Notes: generated by a model from the sequence alone, not told the origin. DNA of 64,000 bases from a virus (IMGVR_UViG_3300027969_000041), one strand, 5' to 3'. Shown: positions 46,221-56,270, numbered from the stretch's first letter. Program-made: numbers and translations.

Positions 46221-48471
46221 CTTTGACCTTCATAATAGGCATAATATCAATGATATTAAGTTTTAGCTCGTTATTTGCAACTGTGACTTCGACTACGCCA
46301 CCGTTAATTAACTTACCAAACAATATCTCTTTACTCAGAGGCTTTTTAATCATTTCATCAATAGTACGTTGCAGTGGGCGAGCACCCATCTTACTGTCAA
46401 ACCCTTTGCTGATCAAGTACTCAACTGCTTCTGTGTTAGGTTTAACATGGATATTCTTATCTTTGACTAATGCATTAAGTTCGTCGATAAACTTCTTAAC
46501 AATTTTAATCATTGTTTGTTGATCTAACTTGCCAAACTTGATAACACCATCTAACCGATTACGGAATTCTGGAGCAAAGAACTTATTAACAGCGTCTTTC
46601 GGATCGCTATCGCGTTCCAAACTGCCAAAGCCGACGCTGTTCTTTTCAGCATCGGCAGCACCTAAGTTACTGGTTAGAATAACAATGGCATTACGACCAT
46701 CTGCTTTCTTACCATTACTGCCGGTGATAAAACCGTTATCCATTAATTGTAATAAAATAGTCAACACATCTGGGTGTGCTTTTTCAACTTCGTCTAGTAA
46801 TAGTACACAGTTAGGGCTTTCTTGCAAGCTGGTAATCAGCTGACCAGCATTGTCGTCAAACCCTACATAGCCCGGAGGAGCACCGATGAACTTGGCAACA
46901 CTGTGTTTCTCTTGAAATTCACTCATATCAAATCGTACAAGTTTGGTATTAAGATTTGCAGCCAGTTGTTTGGCAGCTTCTGTTTTGCCTACACCCGTCG
47001 GGCCTACAAATAAGAAGCTACCAATAGGTTTGTTAGGTGATTTTAAACCTGCTTGTGCAATAAACACTTTATCCAACAATGTTTCGATGGCTTTTTCCTG
47101 ACCATAGACCTTGGCTTTCATGTTCTTTTCTAGAGTTGCTAGATTAGCACCTTCTTTATTTGTTAGTTGTTCAACTGGCAATCCAGCAATACGACTAACT
47201 TCGAACAAAATTTCTTCATGATCAACAACACCGTCTTCTTGATCTTTGACTTTAAATCTAGCACAGGCACAGTCGATTAAGTCAATTGCTTTATCGGGCA
47301 ACTTCTTATCGCTCATATACTTGATAGAATATTTTACACTGTCAATAATTGCTTGATTAGTGATCTTAACACCGTGATGTTTTTCGTAATACTTCTTAAG
47401 ACCTTTAATAATCTTAATAGCAGTTGCTTCGTTAGGCTCATCTATGGTAACACGCTGGAATCGACGCATTAATGCACGATCCTTTTCAAAGTGTTTACGA
47501 TATTCTTCCCATGTGGTACTTGCTACAACTTTAATTGTTCCTTTACCTAGAGCAGATTTAAGCATATTGGCCATATCGTTGCTACTACCGTTGGCTGCTC
47601 CAGCCCCATTCATCATGTGTGCTTCGTCTATGAACAAGATACACTTGCCTTTTTTCTCAATAGCCCCAATAACAGTTTTGAGTCTTTCTTCAAAATCACC
47701 ACGATACTTGCTGCCTGCAAGCATAGCACTAATGTCTAGGCTATAAACAGTATGGTCCTGAATAAACTTAGGCACATTACCTTCAACAATCTTACGGGCA
47801 AGCCCTTCTGCGATGGCAGTTTTACCCACACCTGGATCACCAATCATAATAGCATTGGCTTTTGTACGGCGAGCAAGTACTAGTTGAATATCTTCAATCT
47901 CTTTTTCGCGACCAATAACAGGGTCAATCTTTCTATTCTTTGCTTTAGCTGTAAGATTAGTACAGAATTGTACAATCATCTTTTCTAGTTGTGCAGTTTG
48001 TCGAGATATACCCGGATCATCTGTAACTTGTTCTTCTTTGATAATTTCTTTCTTAATAAAACTAATGAATTGATCTTTGTCAATGTTAGCTTTACGAACA
48101 AAGTAACTAGCATGACTCTTTTTTTCTGCAAACATACTAATAAAACAATCAGCAGGTTCGATAATTTGACGACCACTAAACAATACATGTGTGAACGCAC
48201 GATTTAACATGCGGTCTACTGTGCTGGTCTTTTTAGGTTTTTCAGTATCAGCGTTGACAATTTCTTTTAGTTCATTAGAAATATATTGTTCGACATCGTC
48301 TTTTAAGACCTTGACATCTGTTCCGAAAGAAGTTAGTAGTTTTACAAACGATTCGTTATTCAGCATACTGAATAAAAAATGTTCTAGTGTAACGTACTCG
48401 TGACTATTCACACTGGCTACTTGTACAGCCTTTTCAAAGATTTCTTCTAGGTCTTTATTTGGTTCTAACAT
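46192..48471 (-). CDS. clpA: ATP-dependent Clp protease ATP-binding subunit (ClpA-like)
   Basis: N-domain EYVTLEHFL, two AAA+ modules ([16 protein letters not shown]), GYVG pore loop, VGF ClpP-docking loop, no ClpB middle domain. Confidence 0.92.
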   Translation of the reverse strand: MLEPNKDLEEIFEKAVQVASVNSHEYVTLEHFLFSMLNNESFVKLLTSFGTDVKVLKDDVEQYISNELKEIVNADTEKPKKTSTVDRMLNRAFTHVLFSGRQIIEPADCFISMFAEKKSHASYFVRKANIDKDQFISFIKKEIIKEEQVTDDPGISRQTAQLEKMIVQFCTNLTAKAKNRKIDPVIGREKEIEDIQLVLARRTKANAIMIGDPGVGKTAIAEGLARKIVEGNVPKFIQDHTVYSLDISAMLAGSKYRGDFEERLKTVIGAIEKKGKCILFIDEAHMMNGAGAANGSSNDMANMLKSALGKGTIKVVASTTWEEYRKHFEKDRALMRRFQRVTIDEPNEATAIKIIKGLKKYYEKHHGVKITNQAIIDSVKYSIKYMSDKKLPDKAIDLIDCACARFKVKDQEDGVVDHEEILFEVSRIAGLPVEQLTNKEGANLATLEKNMKAKVYGQEKAIETLLDKVFIAQAGLKSPNKPIGSFLFVGPTGVGKTEAAKQLAANLNTKLVRFDMSEFQEKHSVAKFIGAPPGYVGFDDNAGQLITSLQESPNCVLLLDEVEKAHPDVLTILLQLMDNGFITGSNGKKADGRNAIVILTSNLGAADAEKNSVGFGSLERDSDPKDAVNKFFAPEFRNRLDGVIKFGKLDQQTMIKIVKKFIDELNALVKDKNIHVKPNTEAVEYLISKGFDSKMGARPLQRTIDEMIKKPLSKEILFGKLINGGVVEVTVANNELKLNIIDIMPIMKVKDEPAEAENQ

Positions 48472-48971
48472 TAACGATATTTCCTTTTTTGTGTTTTCTT
48501 AACTGCCAGTGCCCATTTAAGGGTACTAACACGATCTTGGAATACAATACCTTCTAAATGATCTAATTCATGTAAGAAGCATTTGCAATTATATCCGTCA
48601 AATTCACTTTCTTGCCACTCACCCTTGGAGTTTTGCCAGCGAGCAAGTATTTTCTTAGGACGCTTTATATTAACATAAATGCCGGGGAAACTCAAACATC
48701 CTTCCTCCACATCTTCTACTATATCTACAGTAGCAACAACCATTGGATTGAAGAATGCCTGTGCGGCATCGGGGTAGTCTCTGTGTCCCATAACAAACAT
48801 ACGAGCAGGGATTCCGACTTGATTTGCGGCAAGTCCAATGCCGTCATGTGCCAGCATTGTTTTGATCATATCTTTTTCTAACTGTACTGGATCTAGACTA
48901 GGATTAGAAAAATCAAATTCGGGTAATTGTTCTCTTAATAACGGAGAAGGAAATTTATGTATGTGTAACAT
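48471..48971 (-). CDS. def: Peptide deformylase
   Basis: GIGLAANQ, EGCLS, HELDH. Confidence 0.95.
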   Translation of the reverse strand: MLHIHKFPSPLLREQLPEFDFSNPSLDPVQLEKDMIKTMLAHDGIGLAANQVGIPARMFVMGHRDYPDAAQAFFNPMVVATVDIVEDVEEGCLSFPGIYVNIKRPKKILARWQNSKGEWQESEFDGYNCKCFLHELDHLEGIVFQDRVSTLKWALAVKKTQKRKYR

Positions 48972-48976
48972 ATTAT

Positions 48977-49795
48977 TTAAGAGAAAAGTTGTTTAATAAT
49001 ATCACGTTGATACTCGTTTAATGTTGGTACTGTTATGTTAAGTTGAATTAACATACGACCTTTAAAACGATGATCGCTAATATGTGGCATACCGTAACCA
49101 TTTGCTGCCAACATTTGTCCTGGTTGTGTTCCCGGCTTAACTTCTATTTCTAAAGTCTTGCCATCTATTGTATCTACGGTAATAGTTTTACCTATCATTG
49201 CATCGATACAGCTAACATCTATAGACCTAATTAAATCGTCACCTTGTCGAGTGAATATTGGGTGCGGATATATATGAACACTAAGATGAATATCACCTCG
49301 GGGTATATTTGGAATACTATCATCGCCCATGCTAGCTAATCGCAGAGTTGTTCCGTCTTGCACACCTGCAGGAATTTTAACATCAATTAACTGTTCTTTA
49401 CCGCTGGGTAATACAATATTTGCCATTAGGTCCTTGCCACTGAACGCTTCTTCTAAAGAGATGTCGGTTCGCATATTCAATGTTCGGTTGCGTTGTTGTC
49501 TACGCCCTCCAAACATATCTCCAAATGGTCCTCCTCCAAAAGCATTGAATATATCTTCAAAGCCCGGGGGCATTCCTCCTCCGAATTGCTGGAATCCTTG
49601 AGGCATGGGATTATCGTATTGTTGTCGTTTTTGCGGATCACTGAGTGTGCGATATGCTTCTTCAACTTCTTGAAATTTAGCTGTATCACCACCTCTATCC
49701 GGATGATGGTTTGCCGCCATCTTTCGATAGGCCCGTTTAATTTCGTCTGGTGTAGCGCCTCGATTAACGCCTAATGTTTGATAAAAGTCTGTCAT
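48977..49795 (-). CDS. dnaJ: DnaJ-family co-chaperone (no Zn finger; CbpA/type II-like)
   Basis: J-domain with HPD, G/F-rich linker, C-terminal beta domains (GDDL...MIG, GTQPG, GMP). Confidence 0.93.
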   Translation of the reverse strand: MTDFYQTLGVNRGATPDEIKRAYRKMAANHHPDRGGDTAKFQEVEEAYRTLSDPQKRQQYDNPMPQGFQQFGGGMPPGFEDIFNAFGGGPFGDMFGGRRQQRNRTLNMRTDISLEEAFSGKDLMANIVLPSGKEQLIDVKIPAGVQDGTTLRLASMGDDSIPNIPRGDIHLSVHIYPHPIFTRQGDDLIRSIDVSCIDAMIGKTITVDTIDGKTLEIEVKPGTQPGQMLAANGYGMPHISDHRFKGRMLIQLNITVPTLNEYQRDIIKQLFS

Positions 49796-49800
49796 AATTG

Positions 49801-49845
49801 AAAAAAGGTATAGTAAATTATACTATACCTTTTGGGCAATGTCAA
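49801..49845 (-). promoter_or_regulatory. Consensus sigma70 promoter overlapped by a 13-bp inverted repeat (possible terminator/operator)
   Basis: TTGACA(49845-49840)-N17-TATAAT(49822-49817); IR AAAAGGTATAGTA (49803-49815) / TACTATACCTTTT (49821-49833). Confidence 0.75.
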
Positions 49846-49850
49846 GAATT

Positions 49851-50060
49851 TTATTTCTTAGCTGGCGGAACTTCTGTGCCCTCTAACTTTTTATGTACCT
49901 TAATTTTCTTGCAATCTTGTTTTGCTTTACCATCTTTATCCAAAACTGGTTTACCAGCTTTGTCTACTTTATCGTGGCAAACTTCTTTTATTTCTGCTTC
50001 AGCAATTGCTGGACCGGATAAAAGTAAACATAGGCCTGCTACAAATATAATATTTTTCAT
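49851..50060 (-). CDS. Small exported protein
   Basis: Signal-peptide-like N-terminus (MKNIIFVAGLCLLLSGPAIA); Lys-rich mature part with two Cys. Confidence 0.6.
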   Translation of the reverse strand: MKNIIFVAGLCLLLSGPAIAEAEIKEVCHDKVDKAGKPVLDKDGKAKQDCKKIKVHKKLEGTEVPPAKK

Positions 50061-50072
50061 AATTTTAATTCC

Positions 50073-50627
50073 TTATAATAATGGTTGTGGTTCTTGGGCA
50101 GGAGCCGGCTTACCGCCAAATCCTGTTACGACTGCTGGTCCTGTTGAGATTGGAGTTGTCCCCCAGCTTGGTGTTGAATTAACTGGCCCACCCGCTGGCG
50201 CTCCAAATCCTGAATTGCTACCAAAGCCTGTTGGTGCTGGTGCTGGTGAATTAAAACCGCCGGGGTTGCCGAATCCTCCTGCTGACGGTTGGCCAAATGT
50301 TGCTGACCCGCTCTGAAATCCTGTTGCTGGTGTTTGTAGTCCGCCATTGTTGGCTCCTCCTAGTTTTTCTTGAGTACGACCAAATGCCGCAATACCTAAT
50401 ACAGCACCCATAGCAATATGGAATAGTCCTGCACCTTGAAGTGTTAAAGGATTCCATTGCGTGATATTAGTATGAGTGAAGGTCTGTAATAGACTCCATA
50501 AGATTGGAAATACAATCATGTCCATGGTACATACTAACATGTACATCCAACCCATCATTGGACGCCATTTACTGTTCATCCAATCTTCTTTTTTTGATTC
50601 GCTTGCGCTTTTTACTTCTTCTGCCAT
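50073..50627 (-). CDS. Holin-like protein (3TM/GTA holin type) with a long GF/FG-rich tail
   Basis: KWRPMMGW...hydrophobic segments...GAVLGIAAFGRTQEK; located in the lysis module. Confidence 0.6.
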   Translation of the reverse strand: MAEEVKSASESKKEDWMNSKWRPMMGWMYMLVCTMDMIVFPILWSLLQTFTHTNITQWNPLTLQGAGLFHIAMGAVLGIAAFGRTQEKLGGANNGGLQTPATGFQSGSATFGQPSAGGFGNPGGFNSPAPAPTGFGSNSGFGAPAGGPVNSTPSWGTTPISTGPAVVTGFGGKPAPAQEPQPLL

Positions 50628-50651
50628 TTGTCGCTCCTAGTGTTTGTTATG

Positions 50652-51215
50652 TTAGAACCAAAGGTATAAGCCGTTTAGACTTAATAGTATTCCGACGCCA
50701 GCAACTACAAAACTGCCCCAGAACATGGCTACACTAACTGCTAAAATACTTGCTGATAGTACAACAATGGCTAATTGATAGGCAGTGCTTGCATATCCAA
50801 TCCAAGGGCTGGATTTTTTAGCCTCTTCGCGGGCAGCCTCCATTTCTCTTGCTTTAACAGCAATTTCTTTCTTGTCAGAATCCATGCGCTCTTTCTCAGC
50901 TTGGAATTCTGCTTTTAGTTTTGGATCAGCTGTTGTCTTTGCGGCAATTTCATATGTAACACCGCGACCTGCTTTGGCTTGATACTGTGCCCAAGTGTTA
51001 TTAGCACCTAGTGTGTTGTTTAATACTGTGCTGGACAATTTGCCACCATACCATGCGTTGACTGCCAGCAACAATGCGAATACGGAAATAACCATACCTG
51101 CTTTGTCTTTTAATTTTGCTTCACGCTCTGAACGTGAACCTGCCGGTGGCTTAGGTGCATCCGGATCTTTTGCTTGTTTAGTTACTAAATTTAGTACTGA
51201 ATCTATTAGTGCCAT
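50652..51215 (-). CDS. Membrane protein (DUF4337-like)
   Basis: N-terminal TM (VISVFALLLAV), NNTWAQYQAK, helical region, two C-terminal TMs. Confidence 0.55.
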   Translation of the reverse strand: MALIDSVLNLVTKQAKDPDAPKPPAGSRSEREAKLKDKAGMVISVFALLLAVNAWYGGKLSSTVLNNTLGANNTWAQYQAKAGRGVTYEIAAKTTADPKLKAEFQAEKERMDSDKKEIAVKAREMEAAREEAKKSSPWIGYASTAYQLAIVVLSASILAVSVAMFWGSFVVAGVGILLSLNGLYLWF

Positions 51216-51230
51216 TTATTTTGCTCCTTA

Positions 51231-51419
51231 TTAAACTACGGCCATTGCAATGTTACATGCTTGTACGACATATCTAAATAAAACTTCATTGCCTGCACAT
51301 TCTTGAGCAGCACGAATATCTCTAATCTCTTGAAGTAGATAATTTCTTTCATCTAAACTAATATTGCCCATTTGGCATTGTTCAGTGATACTTTGAATTT
51401 CTTGTTCTAACGGATGCAT
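51231..51419 (-). CDS. Hypothetical small protein
   Basis: 62 aa with three Cys; TAG/ATG 1-nt overlap with the upstream gene. Confidence 0.5.
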   Translation of the reverse strand: MHPLEQEIQSITEQCQMGNISLDERNYLLQEIRDIRAAQECAGNEVLFRYVVQACNIAMAVV

Positions 51420-51769
51420 TATCTACCCTCCCATGCAGACTTGGCTGCGTCTATTCTTTGTTTTGCGGTCTTCTTTCCTAGTTCGCAGAAAGTTTTCGAA
51501 CCACCTTTACTCATGCGTTCTATATGCTTTTCTAATCCTCTAAGATTAGTAGACTGTGGATCTTGTCGCCACTCTGTGTACTTTGCTAGTTGTTCTGTAA
51601 TAGGATGTATTTCGGACCATGTTGGTTTTTCACAATCTTGTTTTTCCACGGAAAGGTCAACTGCTACAAGTTGATTGAACATTACTGGATCGTGGGGTCT
51701 TGGCCAGTATTCTTTAATAGTAGAACATCCACTCAGTGCTATTACCGCTATTAATAAAAGATGTTTCAT
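51419..51769 (-). CDS. Lipoprotein
   Basis: Lipobox LSGC after a hydrophobic signal; coupled to the endolysin stop. Confidence 0.65.
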   Translation of the reverse strand: MKHLLLIAVIALSGCSTIKEYWPRPHDPVMFNQLVAVDLSVEKQDCEKPTWSEIHPITEQLAKYTEWRQDPQSTNLRGLEKHIERMSKGGSKTFCELGKKTAKQRIDAAKSAWEGR

Positions 51770-52395
51770 TAGTGAGTACCTAATACGTGCAAGGCATGTT
51801 CATAATGCTTGATGCGATCGTCTAATCCAATTGTACCACCGTTGATACGTTTGGTTAATGTTAGGATATCGCTTTTGTCGGCCCACTGATTTAAATTGTT
51901 AGCTTCCCAAAACCAGCAAGCACTTTGTACAGCACCTTCAAATGTTGCTAGGAATTCTGGAATATCTTCTACAGGTGTTTCAATACTGTCAGCAAAATTC
52001 TGATAATTTTGTTTGCCTGTTAATTGAATTAGTCCACGACCGCAATAACGGAATCCGTCACCGCTGGCTTCTGGTCCATTGCCCATTCGTCCGCCATAGA
52101 CACGATTGGCAATCATCTCCGGCTTTTGTGCGTATTGATTAGCAAGATCGTCATTGGGGAAATACTTAGGAAATACCTTGCGTAATGTTACAGCACGATA
52201 ATTTAAGTTTTCTTTTAACGCTCTAAAGCCACCACTTTCATGAGAGCATTGAGCAATAAAGGCTGCTACACGATGCGGGGTGTTAATATCGTAGTCTGGT
52301 AATGCTTGCTCTAAGGCATGATACCAATGATCTAAGTATGGATTACCTGGTAATAGTTGAGCCAGTTGCTCTCTTGATAAAATAAAATCTGACAT
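51769..52395 (-). CDS. Glycoside hydrolase family 19 endolysin
   Basis: FIAQCSHESGGF, YCGRGLIQLTGKQNY, ACWFW, TKRINGG..GLDDR. Confidence 0.9.
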   Translation of the reverse strand: MSDFILSREQLAQLLPGNPYLDHWYHALEQALPDYDINTPHRVAAFIAQCSHESGGFRALKENLNYRAVTLRKVFPKYFPNDDLANQYAQKPEMIANRVYGGRMGNGPEASGDGFRYCGRGLIQLTGKQNYQNFADSIETPVEDIPEFLATFEGAVQSACWFWEANNLNQWADKSDILTLTKRINGGTIGLDDRIKHYEHALHVLGTH

Positions 52396-52664
52396 TACTT
52401 ATTAGCTTCCTCTGAAATAATTTTTTGTATTTGATACCATTCTTGCCATCCTTCTGCGACAATAACACATTGATAATATGTAGAATAGTTTTTAACCACA
52501 ACTTTTAGCAAATCTGCTAACGAAGTTGTATCGTTTGCTACCATATCTAAGTCTGGACATTTAAACATTAACTTACTAGGCGCTTCTGGGAATTTTTGTT
52601 TAACAGGAACTGTTGTAGAACATGCAGCTAGGAACACAGTTAGTACAAGGATAATTTTTTTCAT
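52395..52664 (-). CDS. Outer-membrane spanin (Rz1-like lipoprotein)
   Basis: Lipobox LAAC, Pro-rich N-terminal part, overlaps the i-spanin stop. Confidence 0.7.
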   Translation of the reverse strand: MKKIILVLTVFLAACSTTVPVKQKFPEAPSKLMFKCPDLDMVANDTTSLADLLKVVVKNYSTYYQCVIVAEGWQEWYQIQKIISEEANK

Positions 52665-53110
52665 TTCTTATCTCCTCCAGCCGCCTTGTTCATTTGCGCT
52701 GCCGCATTATGAATTTCAATTGCTTCTTTAGGCAACGGGCAAATTTCTACAAATTTTGTAATTTCGGTGTTTCTATCAATGTACTTGATAATTTCCTCGC
52801 CCTTTTCCTTAATCACTTTAGTTTTGGTGATTATTTTTTCTTCAATTTTTACATTCTCTTCTTTGCTTTTTTCGTCAGCAATTGCTAATTTAGCTTCTAG
52901 TTCTTTAACACGCACCTGCCATTTTTCTTCATTGCTGGCAGCACCTAAGAACCAAACACTAATAACTAGAGCAACTGCTCCACCTATTTGTAATAGCAAT
53001 TTGTAAGGTTTTAAAATGTATGATAACCCAATTGACCCTATACCTGCAAAAAATAATAACGTCCAGAACCAGTCCGGAAGGAACGAAAGTATCCATGTAA
53101 GTTGCCACAT
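52661..53110 (-). CDS. Inner-membrane spanin (Rz-like)
   Basis: N-terminal TM segments followed by a coiled-coil periplasmic region with a C-terminal Cys. Confidence 0.65.
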   Translation of the reverse strand: MWQLTWILSFLPDWFWTLLFFAGIGSIGLSYILKPYKLLLQIGGAVALVISVWFLGAASNEEKWQVRVKELEAKLAIADEKSKEENVKIEEKIITKTKVIKEKGEEIIKYIDRNTEITKFVEICPLPKEAIEIHNAAAQMNKAAGGDKK

Positions 53111-53111
53111 A

Positions 53112-53870
53112 TTACCACCTATCTTTTTCTATGACTACAGCTTGTTTGCCGTTCCTAATTAAAAACTTATTTCCAATTTTATTGATATCGTAGTTACCGA
53201 TATACTTATTTAAGAACAGTACTTGACTTTGACTACTTTCATCTAAAGATAGTCTTCCAGGAACTGTATTTTTAACATCGTCGTATTCACCAATTGCAAT
53301 GAATTTTGCTTGAATAGGACCAGCATACGGTCTGCTAAATGTTATTGTGTTATTCTCTGCAAGCTCTACATCAACAGCACCTTGATCAAAAAAACCTTTA
53401 ACATCAATTGATTTAATTTCTGTGATCTTAGCAGCGTATTCTGCAGGAGTTGTAGGAATGTTTTCTAGTACAGCTTCTTCGTTGAATTCTACACTGTTAG
53501 GATTTTTTTGGTATCTGAAACGCCAGTCTCTAAATCCACACAAATGACTAACTCCGCTTAACAGGTCTTTCATTTGATAAGGAAGTTCCGGAGTACGTTC
53601 CATTTCAACAAACACTTGATATTGACCATCGTGTTCTTCACCCGCGCTCATATCAGCATCAAGAATAAAAGGATAACCTTTTTCAATAAATTCCATTAAG
53701 TCAGTTGCGGGATATTTTTCTTTAACACGGAATCCTAAAACTACAATGTCTGCATCCTCGCCCATCTTACTGCGATATTGATCTACAGTGAATATATCAC
53801 TAACTAATTCTTTTAGATCACCGTAGCGTAATCCTTCTGTTAAGATGTTATTGTGTTGGTTGTTCGACAT
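53112..53870 (-). CDS. Conserved hypothetical protein (late)
   Basis: 252 aa; YRSKMGED.DIVVLGF and ILDADMSAGE motifs. Confidence 0.6.
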   Translation of the reverse strand: MSNNQHNNILTEGLRYGDLKELVSDIFTVDQYRSKMGEDADIVVLGFRVKEKYPATDLMEFIEKGYPFILDADMSAGEEHDGQYQVFVEMERTPELPYQMKDLLSGVSHLCGFRDWRFRYQKNPNSVEFNEEAVLENIPTTPAEYAAKITEIKSIDVKGFFDQGAVDVELAENNTITFSRPYAGPIQAKFIAIGEYDDVKNTVPGRLSLDESSQSQVLFLNKYIGNYDINKIGNKFLIRNGKQAVVIEKDRW

Positions 53871-54375
53871 TCTGTGGTTCCTCTTGTGCTACTTCGTTGG
53901 CTTCTAGGTCTTCAGTGTTGCTATAACGCATCATCTCAACATGCTGATTATGATCACGATTTTCTTTGCCAATGTAGACATCTTGCATTAGTTTCTTAGG
54001 CATAGTAATTTCTACAGTCCAAATAGGATGTGCATCAATTTTGCCTTTTTTGGTACCTGGGCGGAAATCGCCTGGTTCTTTAATTTTTCTAGGAAGTAAG
54101 ATATCTTCCTTTTTATAAACTACTTGGCATCCGTAGCCAAATAAACGCTTTGCACCTTCGGGATCAGGCATTTCTTGGTCGTCCCACATGAATGTACATT
54201 TAACACCGTATCTAGAAACTTCAGGGCCTGCAATTAATTCACCTTCTTCCCAGTTTTTAAATACATAGATATCTAATTCGTCGATAACACGCTCGAAGTC
54301 TTTTAATACTTTGAACGCACTATTATTCTCGCTGAGAGTTTGTAGGTTTTTAATTACATCAACAATATCGTGCAT
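53848..54375 (-). CDS. Conserved hypothetical protein (late)
   Basis: 175 aa; LKDFERVIDELDIYVFKNW motif; TATAAATA upstream. Confidence 0.6.
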   Translation of the reverse strand: MHDIVDVIKNLQTLSENNSAFKVLKDFERVIDELDIYVFKNWEEGELIAGPEVSRYGVKCTFMWDDQEMPDPEGAKRLFGYGCQVVYKKEDILLPRKIKEPGDFRPGTKKGKIDAHPIWTVEITMPKKLMQDVYIGKENRDHNQHVEMMRYSNTEDLEANEVAQEEPQNVEQPTQ

Positions 54376-54394
54376 GGTGGTTTCCGTTATTGTA

Positions 54395-54402
54395 TATTTA
54401 TA
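54395..54402 (-). promoter_or_regulatory. T4-type late promoter TATAAATA heading the structural/lysis transcript
   Basis: Exact match ending 19 nt upstream of ATG 54375. Confidence 0.65.
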
Positions 54403-54522
54403 CCGAGATAACTTCTAAAATCTATTAATTTATTGGATCCATTTTTGGTGTATTTGAGCATACTTTTGAAGTTCGGATGTAAATATCTATGCAGATCGAT
54501 CTTCATTCATAGGGAGGTACAA

Positions 54523-55278
54523 TTGCCTAGAGCTAGAAGACACGAAAAAAATCAGTCACAGCGAGATCCTCGTTTTGTAACTGAAACAAATAACTTGATC
54601 CAGATCAAGCCATATTTGAAAAGAAAGCAGCAAGTCACGATTGTTCCACGGAACTTATCGCAGGAAAATTATCTTGAATTGCTAAAAAATCCCAAGAAAT
54701 ACATTGTTTTTGCCATAGGACCTGCGGGTACGGGTAAAACTATGTTGGCTGTACAGATGGCTATAAAACTGTTCAAAGAGGGGGTGATCAATAAAATTAT
54801 TGTTACACGACCAGCTGTCAGCGTAGATGAAGAACATGGGTTCTTACCAGGAGACCTTAATGCCAAGATGGCTCCTTGGACAAGACCTATATTTGACGTA
54901 TTTGAAGAATATTACCATCCAAAAGAAATAGCGGAAATGCTAGAGGATGGAGTGATTGAAATATCACCATTGGCCTATATGAGGGGCCGCACGTTCAAGA
55001 ATGCTTTTGTTGTTGCAGACGAAATGCAGAACGCCACACCGTCACAGATGAAAATGTTGTTAACACGACTAGGAGATAATTCTAGAATGGTAGTTACAGG
55101 AGACTTAAATCAAGCAGACAGACCACGTGAGAACGGGTTGCTAGAATTTTGCAGTTTATTCGGCCGAGGAGGTGAGTATCGGATGATTGCTATGGCACAG
55201 TTTGAAATTAGAGATGTGGAACGTCACCCTGTAGTTAAAGAAATCTTAAAAATATATAAGGAAGATTCTATCGAGTAA
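54523..55278 (+). CDS. phoH: PhoH family ATPase
   Basis: GPAGTGKT, RPAV, GFLPG, LAYMRGRTF, DEMQN, TGDLNQAD, RHP; probable TTG start at 54523 after SD GGAGG. Confidence 0.93.
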   Translation: MPRARRHEKNQSQRDPRFVTETNNLIQIKPYLKRKQQVTIVPRNLSQENYLELLKNPKKYIVFAIGPAGTGKTMLAVQMAIKLFKEGVINKIIVTRPAVSVDEEHGFLPGDLNAKMAPWTRPIFDVFEEYYHPKEIAEMLEDGVIEISPLAYMRGRTFKNAFVVADEMQNATPSQMKMLLTRLGDNSRMVVTGDLNQADRPRENGLLEFCSLFGRGGEYRMIAMAQFEIRDVERHPVVKEILKIYKEDSIE

Positions 55279-55299
55279 CCCCAAACTCAATTCAACAGA

Positions 55300-55339
55300 A
55301 AACCGCATAGTAATCGATCTGCAAACGACTATGCGGTTT
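55300..55339. terminator. Inverted repeat between convergent phoH and clamp loader (probable bidirectional terminator)
   Basis: AAACCGCATAGT (55300-55311) / ACTATGCGGTTT (55328-55339): 12-bp stem, 16-nt loop. Confidence 0.7.
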
Positions 55340-55343
55340 CTTG

Positions 55344-56270
55344 TTATTGTAAGCGAGCTAATTTTACAAGTGTGGCTGCAAGATTTATCTCAGGATCTGC
55401 AATCAATGTATGATCTACTAATCCTTGTTTAATTACAAGTAATGCTGAATCTTTTTGTTCTTCGCTTTGACCAAACAAATCTAAATTCTGATACATCCAT
55501 GTATAGATGTCTTCAATCTCTTCTGGACGCACTCGACCGCACAATAATGTACGTGCTTCTTTGATCTTGCCCTTCTTAAACAATTCAACCATATCAATCT
55601 TATAATCAGCGGCAGCACTGTCTCCAGCTGTAGGAGTGGCAAGTTTTTTATCTTCTGTAATGTTTTGTTGTACTTGATTAATACATTTACGCAAATCTGG
55701 ATATGTTAGTTTGACATAAGTGTCAAGTGTATCCATATCAAAATCAATATTTTCTGTAAGCAAAATAGTTGCTACACGAGCAGTAAATTCTACTTGGTCA
55801 GTTTTCTCAACATGGTAACCTTGGCACCGACTGTGAATAGCAGGAATAATTTTGTTACGATAGTTACAAGTTAGAATGAATCTACTTGTGCTAGAGTACG
55901 TTTCCATTAATCCACGCAAGATAGCCTGCGATGCAGGGGTTAGATAATCGGCTTCGTCTAAGAGCACAACCTTAAATGGACCAAATGGAATCATTTGTAC
56001 AAAGTTTGTAATCTTATCTCGCATGTCGTCAATACGATTTTCTCTAGATGCGTTCATTTCTAACACATCGTAGTCTTCGATACCTAGTTCGTGTAACAAC
56101 ACCTTTGCCAGCGTTGTCTTACCAATACCTGCACTGCCACTAAACAACAAATGTGGAATACTGCTTTCTTTAATCCAAGCCTTGACCTGACGTTTTTGAG
56201 ACTCGTCCTTAAACACATAATCTTCAATTGTTTTAGGTCGATATTTTTCAACCCATAGTTCTTTAGCCAT
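55344..56270 (-). CDS. Clamp loader ATPase subunit (gp44/RFC-like)
   Basis: WVEKYRP, GSAGIGKT, MNAS, LLDEAD, SRC; start MAKELW at 56270. Confidence 0.92.
   Translation of the reverse strand: MAKELWVEKYRPKTIEDYVFKDESQKRQVKAWIKESSIPHLLFSGSAGIGKTTLAKVLLHELGIEDYDVLEMNASRENRIDDMRDKITNFVQMIPFGPFKVVLLDEADYLTPASQAILRGLMETYSSTSRFILTCNYRNKIIPAIHSRCQGYHVEKTDQVEFTARVATILLTENIDFDMDTLDTYVKLTYPDLRKCINQVQQNITEDKKLATPTAGDSAAADYKIDMVELFKKGKIKEARTLLCGRVRPEEIEDIYTWMYQNLDLFGQSEEQKDSALLVIKQGLVDHTLIADPEINLAATLVKLARLQ

Noticed and set aside
49803-49833. CIRCE or other known heat-shock operator upstream of dnaJ
   Set aside because: The inverted repeat does not match TTAGCACTC-N9-GAGTGCTAA; it is kept only as an unassigned hairpin/operator.
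54376-54522. Pho box upstream of phoH (and psiE)
   Set aside because: No CTGTCA-type 11-bp direct repeats were seen; only a TAAATA element precedes phoH.
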